DNA from: Rhina ancylostomus
Taxonomy: Eukaryota
Assembly: GCA_030265395.1 (NCBI GenBank)
Contig: JARFYF010000001.1
Span: forward strand, 20,631,662-20,695,661
DNA: 64,000 nucleotides
Reading direction: 5' to 3'
The notes below the pieces were generated by a model. The model ran no database searches and was not told the origin of the DNA. It saw nothing but the letters and a program-made list of their open reading frames with translations. Made by a program: the position numbers and the translations under genes. Below, piece by piece: positions 55,135 to 64,000 of this stretch; position 1 is the stretch's first letter; every line of letters begins with the position of its first letter.

Positions 55135-56590
55135 AGATTTACTTTATTCCTAATACCACCAGTACATGTCTTTCACTACATTCGTTGCATCATCAATTGG
55201 TATTAGTATTAGACACAGAGACTTAGCATTGACTGCACCGAGCTTCAGTGCATCCCTCAGCATGTACTCCTGCATCCTGGAATGTGCCAGTCTGCAGCAT
55301 TCCCTTACAGACATCTCACTGTGCTGGCAGACCAACAAGTTTCAGGCAGACCAAAGGGCTTCTTTCACTAAGTTGATGACCTTCCAGCAGCACTTGATGT
55401 CTGTCTTGGTGTGTGTCCCTAGGAACAGCCCGTAGATCAGAGAGTCCTCTGTTACTCAGCTGCTGGAGATGAACCAGGACACAAACTCTTGCATCCATCT
55501 CCACACCTTTTTTGCGAATCCACAGTCTGCAAAGAGATGGGTGATCATCTCTTCCACACCGCAGCCATTCCAAGGTTAGCATGTATTGGGGATGATGTGT
55601 TGTCTGTACAGGAAGAATCTGATTGTCAGGGCCCCTTTCACCACCAGCCAAGCAAGGTCTTGATGTTTGTTGGTGAGATTTGGTGATGAGGTGTTTTTCC
55701 AGATAGTTTGGACAGTCTGCTCAGGGAACCACCCCACCATATCCATAGTGTCCCTGTCCCACAATGTCTGCAGGACATTCTGCACTGACCACTGCCTGAT
55801 GGATGTGGTCAAAGGTGTTTACTTGGAAGTACTCTTCCACAGGGGACAGTTAGTGTGGCGACATTCAGATGACTGGAATGTTGCACAGTAATGGGGCCAG
55901 GCCTGTCTTCCACAGCACCAGGGATAGGTAAAACCTTAGCACGTAGTGACACTTGGTGCCCACGTACCTGGGGTCCACACACCGACTGATACAGCCACAC
56001 ACAAAGCCGGTCATCAGGATGGGGGCAACTTTGGGTACACTTTTGCCCCCATTCTCTGGGGACTTGTGCAACAAGACCCATCAGAGTCACTCTATCTTGG
56101 TCCCACAGATAAACTGGAAGACATCCTGGATGATTACCGTGGCAGAGGAGTGGGGAACAGGCCACACCTGAGCCAAGTACAGTAGCCCTGAGAGAGTATC
56201 GCACCTGATAACCAAGTTCTTCCCAGTTATTGAAACAGTGCACTGTTTCCACAGACCCAGTTTCTGTTTTATCTTCCCAATCTGCTCTAGCCAGTTCTTG
56301 GTACACACCTCAGCCCCTCCAAACCAGATCCTCAGCACCTTCAGGTAATCGGACTTGACGGTGAAGGGACCATTGGACTGGTCAGGGCAATCACCAAACA
56401 GCATGGCCTCACTCTTTCTGCATTTGACTATGGCCCCTGATGCCAACTCAAACTGGTCACAGATGTTGACCAATCTGTGAACTGACCATGGATCCAAGCA
56501 GGAGACAGCGACATTGTCCATGTTCAGGGAGGTTTTGACTTGGGTACCTCTACTCCCTGGCAACGTCACCCCTCTTATGCTCTTGTCCTT
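55135..56590 (-). mobile_element. Tx1/L1-clade LINE, 5'-truncated ORF2 pseudogene
   Basis: Motifs SLNMDNV (decayed YxDD), FELASGA, YLKVLRIWFG, SITGKNLVIR, AWLVVKGALTIR and a C-terminal H-x4-C zinc-knuckle remnant; AATAAA at the 3' end near 55145. Confidence 0.88.
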
Positions 56591-57571
56591 CCACCACCTC
56601 TATAAGGAGAAGATTGGGACTGAGGTTAAAGTTTAAGAATTTCAGAGCAGAACCTTAGGCAACATACAAGAGGGCCAGCACTTTTAAAGTGGAGATTAGA
56701 TGGCTTTTATTTGTCCTGTTTAGCAATCTATAGCACCTCATTAACATATTTAAATCAGTTTTCCGTTCTGCTGCTGAGAGGTTTAAAGTAGCCTCAGTTG
56801 GTCAAATAGCCAGGTCTTGAGAAACTTGACTGTAAAATGCAGATGGAAGAATTTTCCTGCAGAATTTTGGTGCCTTATTGAACTCTCTAAGTGAGCCAGG
56901 CCAAACAAACCTGACAATCATAGCTACTCACTGCATAAGTATCCAATCCATCATCCTAAAACTTCCCACCTTTATCACCTTCTCTCCTGCTTGCCATTCT
57001 CCAGTCATTCCTATCCCTGCCCCCATCATCCCCCAAGTTTTGCCTCTTTTGCAATTGCCATGGTTCAAGTACTACACCGTTCCTCATTCCATAAATTACC
57101 ATTGCAATTCCGGTACAGTTCTTTGATCTCAGTTTTTCTTCCTCCCAATTATTGATTTCTCCACCATTCAACTAACTCTTTCACCCTTTCAATTGTTGTG
57201 CTCCTATTTCACCCATTCCTTCAGACAACCTACCATTTCACACTCATTCTTGGGAATCTCAGTACCTGGAGACTACCCTCAAGCCTTACCTTCCCTGTTC
57301 TGCAGCCAGACAGCATTTGGCTGGATCCCGGAAACAAAATGGAATAAAAAATTAAAATGAGGAGCTGAAGGATCTACCTGTCCCTCTACCTGTCTCCTTC
57401 CAACAGCCTCCATTTATTGTACACCCTGCTCCCTCTCCACTTCCTCTAGTTGTCAGTGACATCATTTATTACTTGACCATCCCACCTGCCAGTCTCTTAC
57501 AGATGTTTGTTTTCATTTTACTTTTAAAAAAGTTGTTTCTCTATGTGTACCGTCTGAAAGCTCTGAACTTA

Positions 57572-58700
57572 TGTCAAGACTTTAATTTCTATCTGGCATA
57601 AGCATCTATGAGTACATCCACTATAGGAAGATTATACTGTATCAACCTACCCTTCAAGGACTAGTTTACTTCATTACTTTAATCTCTACGGAAAGGTCCA
57701 GCTGTCAATAATCACTATTTCGAGCATTGGGTCCCTCTTCCCAACCAAGGAGAAGATACTTCCAGTTAACAAAGCAGTGTCACAATGTTGATCGAGAGCA
57801 AACTCACAGAGAACCCAAATGCAGCACACCAATACAAGACTGGAGTCAGGATNNNNNNNNNNNNNNNNNNNNNNNNNNNNNNNNNNNNNNNNNNNNNNNN
57901 NNNNNNNNNNNNNNNNNNNNNNNNNNNNNNNNNNNNNNNNNNNNNNNNNNNNTTCTCTATTCCTTTGTGAAGATCCAGTTCATGTTGGGATTCCTCTTCT
58001 GATCTCTGAGGCAAGATTCCTTCCAGTTGTTGCCTGTGTTTGTCCTGAGGAAGTACCCTGACTCCAGTCTTGTATCGATATGCTGCATTTGGGTTCGCTG
58101 TGGGTTTGCTCTCGATCAACATTGTGACAAGCAGTTTAAACACAGTTTATTTTAAGTGAGACACATTTAATTCTAATAAGTAATTCTTAAGAACATCTTG
58201 TAACTTACAAAGGATTTCCAAACACAAGTACAATTCTTACAAGCTAAAAAGTCACACCAACAAGTTGCAGATGAACAAGTGGTCCATCACAAAAACCAAA
58301 GGCTGAGGAATGAATTTTTGGTCTTCTTTCTGTAACCCTTTCTCTCTGTCATTTTTTCCAACCCTGACTGCTTTCCAACATTTGTACTGATTTTTCACTG
58401 AGTTGACATTTTCAACCACATTTTCAGGCCAGGCGACTGGAGCATTTAATTAAGTAAATGTGGATCCCATTGTTCTCTTGTTTAAGTTAAGAGGCTGAGC
58501 GGGGAATATTGGTTAGAAGTTTAACTTAGTAAACAGCAAACATCTTGAGCCTTGGGCAATTTCTGCTGTTTTTGCTAATGGGATCTTAGCTTAATGAGCA
58601 ACCACGTCCTGACCTTCGGACAGGTAATGCTGCTGGGCTAAAAAGATGAGGTTATCAATAATTCCTTTTTGTGGCCTGGAAAGTGAATGTGCATCACACA
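57572..58700 (-). mobile_element. Candidate 3' LTR of the endogenous foamy-like virus
   Basis: Minus strand begins TGTG directly after purine-rich AGCAGTAGGGG; CCAAT at 58512-58508; AATAAA at 58151-58146; ends AAATTAAAGTCTTGACA at 57572. No second LTR in the window to confirm. Confidence 0.4.
57778..58129. mobile_element. TIR element (TGT...ACA ends, 73-bp TIRs, 5-bp TSD)
   Basis: 57778-57850 is an imperfect reverse complement of 58057-58129. AGCAG direct repeat at 57773-57777 and 58130-58134. Internal N gap. Confidence 0.85.
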
Positions 58701-59312
58701 CCCCTACTGCTGACTGAAGTTTTCTAGTCCAGCTAGTCCTTCCAGAAACTATTCAAGGTCAGACTCCTGCCAAGATTCCTCCTGGGAGCAGACTATCATT
58801 CCACCAACTGTTCCACTGGTACCAGAGGAGATTTCCTTAATTGGATGCTCAATGACTCATTGAATATTTCCCAATATAAGGGTTTCTGTGTGATCTCTTT
58901 GTAAGAGAATTCTCAGCTTCATATATTTCTGAGCTTTCAGAGGATGTTTTACCACCAATCATTTTATAAACATGTGACAACAATGCACCAATATTCATGT
59001 TATAAATCCATTTTTAGTTCATCTTTAAAATTTTTCTTCTTCATAATCAGCTCTCGCCATTATCTTGATGCAAGTTTGGATCACTGTCTTTGATATATTT
59101 GTTAATCTCATCAGCTAGTAGTGTCTTTTATCAAGCTGAAGATGGTTCATTCCTTTCCACAAGAGTGTCTGGGTTCCTTTGGATGCTGTGCATGATGTTT
59201 ATTTAGATTTTCTGAAAATGAGTCTTATAGGCATACTACTGATTTTTGTTTTCTTAGATTGTATATTGCTATCTTCTTTTGCCTATGGATTAGTAATCTT
59301 ATGTTTTATGTT

Positions 59313-59640
59313 GAAGGTACAGGAGCCTGAGGGCACATACCACCAGGCTGAAGGTCAGCTTCGACTCCAGTCTTGACTATTATACGATGAGATGGTTTCT
59401 GACCTCACAATCTACCTTGTTCTGACCTTGGACCTTATTCTCTACCTGCACTGCACTTCCTCTGTAGCTGTGACACTTTACTTTGTACTGTTGTTGTTTT
59501 TACCTGTACTACCTCAATGCACTCTGTACTAATTCAATGTAACTGCACTGTGTAATGAATTGACCTGTACGATTGGTATGTAAGACAAGTTTTTCACTGT
59601 ACCTCAGTACAAGTGACAATAATAAACCAATACCAATATA
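59313..59640 (+). mobile_element. Rex/Babar-like LINE 3' end inserted in the provirus
   Basis: gaaggtacaggagcctgagggcacataccaccagg start; tail aataaaccaataccaata. Confidence 0.8.
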
Positions 59641-59644
59641 GAAA

Positions 59645-62258
59645 TTAGACTCATCAGTTACATGATTCACAGTATAAGTGTAAGGTAAAAACATTTATAG
59701 AGGCAGGTTACATTTACATGTGTACTAAGGAAGGGTACAGTACTCCTGTTAAGGATTCTGTCTGTACTTTCACTTCTGGGTGACCAGAATAAGGTGTTGG
59801 AATTTATGGGTTGGTTATGTCCCTCCCATGGGAATGAATACCCAAAGGTGTACTGTGGCTTGGCATTCTGATGACAACCATACAATATGCAGTTTCTTCC
59901 CATTTGGATGATTCTGTACTCTGGATGTAAATATGCAGGTCTCTCTCTTTTACCTTGTTAGAATTGGGCCTGATGGAGAAAAAGTGATATATCTTCCCAA
60001 CTTTCGTGTTTTTCCAGAAAACTTTAACTGAACCAGGGCTGTTCCTTCAGGCCATGGGATTTTGTCAACCAGATATATTGATTGTTCTTGTAACATTAAA
60101 TATAACACAAATGGCAGTGTCAGTAGGCCTAGGGTCCTACCTGTTGCATTGTAGGAGTACCATATATGCAATAAATGCCTATACCCAAATGGTAATTAAG
60201 CAACAAAATGCATCCAGATAATTCTACTTTATGACAATATATGACAGGCAGGACAATAGTGTAGAGGTTAGCGTAATGCTGTTATGGCGCCAGTGACTCA
60301 GGTTCAATTCCAGCTGCTGCCTGTAAGGAGTTTGTATGTTCTTCCTGTGACTACGTGGGTTTCCTCTGGGTGCTCCAGTTTCCTCCCACATTCCAAAGAC
60401 GTACGGGTTAGGAGCTGTGGGCATACTATGTTGGCGCCGGAAGCATAGCAACACTTGCGGGCTGCCCCTAGAACATTCTATGATGCATTTCACCGTGTAT
60501 TTCGATGTACATGTGACTAATAAAGAAATCTTATCTCATAATACTTTGTAGGCCCCGAAAGCCCCAGAGGTTACATCACCATTTCTGAAGAAGTCACAAC
60601 AAAATACGTAAAAAATGTTATCAGGAGTATAGGATTCCCCAGGGGTTGCCATTTTTTCCCCTCCTGGTAAGTCTTTTCCCATAGTAAAACATAGCACACA
60701 AGATATAGTGTTATAATGGTTTGAACATAAAAGTAAATGGTTAAACCATGATAGCATAATGCCATATTAGCAGTTAGCAACATATTAACATAGTATATAA
60801 ATTCTTAAAAAGCATATTATGAAGTTAACCATGTTAGAAAATAAAAATGTAATATCCANNNNNNNNNNNNNNNNNNNNNNNNNNNNNNNNNNNNNNNNNN
60901 NNNNNNNNNNNNNNNNNNNNNNNNNNNNNNNNNNNNNNNNNNNNNNNNNNNNNNNNNNNNNNNNNNNTGAGGCAAGAAATGTGGATAGCCATATGCAACA
61001 TTAGTGATCAGGACCAGAAAACTGAGAGGAGCAATGATAATGTGGTGAGGGTGGTCCCTGTTCCTCACTCTTCCAGGGTTGAGGCTGAATCTGAGGAACA
61101 GGTAAAGTGCAAGGATGAGGCAGTGTATATCGAAGCAGACAGATGAGAGATAATCCACGGTGCCACAGGTGGGCCATAGACTCAGTGGAGTCGGAGTGGA
61201 CCTGGTATACAAAAAGCGGAAGTCAGGAAAGCCTCAGTTCTTCCAGGCTTCAGCGTTCAACAGAAGGAGCACTTCTGCTGCAGTGCATCCTTCCGCCTTA
61301 TCTTCCTGTGCAAAAGCTGGATCAAGGGCTTCGCCGAACCATTTAGAATATAAACCAGTAGTATAGAAAATTGTCATGTTACTGTTAACATTGGATAAGG
61401 AAGTGGAATAGAGGCCATAGTTGGAGAAATGAAAATGTCTAAAGCCTTTGTAATAAGTATGTTTGCCATAAAGGGGAAGTGCAATACGATATCAAACTAA
61501 CATGAAAGAATCGTCATTAAAAATGACAATGGTCTAGTCCAATAGTGTTAATGTCATGTCACCATGATTAGGACCATTCAACAACACAGCAAGGATCTAT
61601 GTCAAGGAATTCTTCTATTAGTTTACCTTCAACATCTGAGCTGGAATCTTTCAGTTTTGTCAAGATATCATTAATTACTCTCACAAGTGATTCTTTCCTT
61701 TCTATGTTCATTTCTTCTGCAATGCAGTCAGAGTGAATATTTAAGTGGACGGGAACAACACTTTGCCAGAGGCAAGGATTATGAGTTCCAGCATATTGGT
61801 CCACATATGACCAAGGGGTATGAACTATTTGGTGACATTTAATTGGAATTATCATTGCTCACAGATCTCGAGGATCTAATATTTTATGAGTCATTGTTTA
61901 AGGGTATCTGAGCCAGATGAGACAATCTCTGTGGTAAATACTTCTTCATCTGCTAAAGAGCAAATCTAAGTAAAGCAGCACTGAATAATATTGAAATATG
62001 AGACATAAATATTATAGCAAGAGCAACATTTCTTTCTGGAATTTGAGTGTTTCTTACTCCAAAATCAACAATCCTTTTTAGTTGTACTACTTCTGGGTAA
62101 TGAATCTATGAGGTCTGCTTCAAGTGAAAAGGAATTTTTATGTTTTGTTTTAGATTGAAGCATGTGCCCTATCTGTTCAATACATCTCACCTATCGTCCA
62201 TTGAGATGTAGGGATTCTACGGTGCATGTATAGCTTTAATATCAGGATTCCAACACAT
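59645..62258 (-). pseudogene. env: Foamy-virus-like env (leader peptide and SU), disrupted
   Basis: ATG at 62258, just after the pol stop. Hydrophobic NVALAIIFMSHISILFSAALLRF at ~62030-61962. RSSR/SV furin site at 61877-61866 (PFV RIAR/SL). HLNIHSDCIAEEMNI...LVRVINDIL (PFV LMINSENIANNANL). TIFYTTGLYSKWF at ~61375-61337 (PFV VLFCSDQLYSKWY). Weaker match RNCILY...YTFGY near 59900-59840. Confidence 0.75.
60245..60536 (+). mobile_element. V-SINE inserted in env
   Basis: tRNA-like head with B box ggttcaattcc, V core and tail aataaagaaatcttatct; same family as 4357-4660. Confidence 0.9.
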
Positions 62259-62269
62259 TCTGGGGGTAT

Positions 62270-64000
62270 TCACTCTGCTGGGGCGGGATTAGTGTTATCA
62301 ATGGAGACAGATCTACTTACAGTTTTGTTTGCCTTCCCTGTTTCAATTACCAGTCTTATCATTGATAAACTGGATAATGAGCAAGGAGGTTTCCATTTAG
62401 GATGGAAACTGGGGTCACAATTGTTTTTATGAAATTTTTTTTCTTGAACCCATTCACCTTTTTGTGCTATCCAAACTTTCTTATCAGGTTCTTTTGTTTC
62501 TCTTGAGCTCCCATAAACTCTCTCAACTCCTTGAGTGGAGTTTTATCTGGTGTAGGCGAAGGTTGGCCTGATTTAGCAATTAAGGGTGTATTTAGATGGA
62601 CATTGTACATTAAAAAATAAGGTGTAACATTCTTATGTATTCCTATTTTTGCCAATAGCATGTTATTTACAGATAGCTGAACTTCAGGGACAAGTGTAGC
62701 CTATCTTTTACCTCGAGAGTAGACCAGTTTTGCCAGGGCCCTCTTAATCTCCTGATTCCTTCTCTGCATGGTCACACTTGATTGTGGGTGGCATGGAGTG
62801 GTGTACCCCACTTGTATTCCTGCCGATTCACACATGGCCTGAAAGCCTTCAGCAATGAAGGAAGACCCTCAGTCTGCATGTTAGCAGGCAAGATGGCCAG
62901 CATGCGGGACTATTGAGTTCTGAAGTGTGGTGATGGTAGCGGTCCCACTACAAGAAGCTGTGGAGACTAACCACGTATATCCTGTACAAAGATCAACTAC
63001 AACAAGAATATATTTATTTGGTGGTTGCCTTGGGATGCCAGAAATGGGCCTATATAATCAATTTGCCACACGTACATTGATATGTTTGGTTTTATTCATC
63101 TTTTAGGAGGTGGTTTTGTAACTGCTCCTGCATTATTGGCCAGATATTCTTTACAATTTGCAACAAATAGCTTGCAATCAGTCAACATGTAAGGTCACCA
63201 ATATAATAAGGCTAATTTTGCATTAGTGGCTTGTCCGCCACCATGATTGTGTCCAAATCCTTGGTGAGCTTCTTGAATTAATTCTTCCGGCTTATGAGCA
63301 GGAGGTATTTGCTTCTTACCTTTTTTTAGGGACATACCCAAACCTTACCTTCACCATCAGTTTCATACTTGTACTTTAAGATTGGGTTGAGTAGTAGGAG
63401 TATTCTTAGAAAATCATCTTGATTACTCTTTATTTGTTGCTTAGTTACTACCATAACCCTGACCTCCCTTACCATAGTAAGGTCCATCCTGACAGCTTGC
63501 TTGGCTTGTTCATCAGCAAATTTATTACCATAGCTGTGTAGATGGTCTGCAGTATGTCCTGGTGTGTATAACACCTGTATTAATGGATGAGTCAATAATA
63601 ATTCATAGATCTTTTTCCACGTGGACAAGTGTGGAAGTAGATTTCCTCTATGTGTTTTTCATCTGGTAGTCTACCAGATGGGGAGATCTCTTTCTACTGC
63701 ATTCCTGACATAGTTAGAGTCAGTGCAGATCAGGACTGGTTCAGTTGTATTTACNNNNNNNNNNNNNNNNNNNNNNNNNNNNNNNNNNNNNNNNNNNNNN
63801 NNNNNNNNNNNNNCTTGCAACTCCTGAGGTTCAAATTCTGTTTCAGATAAAACTTTTCTTTTATAATCCCTGCTCCTGCTTGTAACCTGGTTGATTATTT
63901 CTATGGACTTTCATTGCTGACCCATCGCAGTACCTTATTTCAGAGTAGTGTTTTAAAGGATGTTATGCCACATTAGGCCATGGAGGAGATTGTTCTGCAT
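62270..64000 (-). pseudogene. pol: Foamy-virus-like pol: RNase H and integrase, disrupted, continuing beyond the window
   Basis: RNase H motifs HPLKHYSEIRYCDGSAMK, PVLICTDSNYV, HLSTWKKIYE and PGH...GNKFADEQA. Integrase motifs AHQGFGHNHGG...CKEC, WQIDYIGP, YILVVVDLCTGYTWL, HAD*GSSF, TPCHPQSS, EIKRALAKL, VQEK, HPKWKPP and SVSIDN; stop at 62272-62270. Order and spacing follow recalled PFV Pol. Confidence 0.93.

Noticed and set aside
59645-62258. Domesticated (syncytin-like) env
   Set aside because: Multiple stops, frameshifts and TE insertions; no intact ORF.
62432-62450. Central polypurine tract at the VQEK codons
   Set aside because: Only an A-run is present, with no match to the candidate 3' PPT; unsupported.
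62270-64000. Gypsy or lokiretrovirus assignment for the integrase
   Set aside because: RNase H, the integrase C-terminus and the adjacent env motifs fit foamy viruses better by eye; a phylogeny is still needed.
1-64000. CRISPR arrays, operons or other prokaryotic systems
   Set aside because: No repeat-spacer arrays or gene-dense coding; the sequence is vertebrate TE-rich DNA.

Overview
AT-rich, repeat-dense vertebrate genomic DNA from a draft assembly with many N gaps. The repeat content suggests a cartilaginous fish, probably a ray or shark (inference): V-SINE/HE1-like and Deu-domain SINEs, CR1, Rex/Babar, Tx1/L1 and Penelope-like fragments. I recognise no host exon; the short ORFs are TE remnants or chance. 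The main result is a decayed endogenous foamy virus (spumaretrovirus-like) on the minus strand at about 57.6-64 kb, running off the window end. It has RNase H and integrase of pol, an env with foamy-type leader peptide, furin site and SU motifs, and a candidate 3' LTR, and is interrupted by several younger insertions. Other observations: a TGT...ACA TIR element with a 5-bp TSD, Penelope-like repeats with decayed hammerhead ribozyme cores, two palindromic MITE-like elements, and recurrent templated inverted micro-duplications. All protein comparisons were made by eye against recalled reference motifs, not by search.
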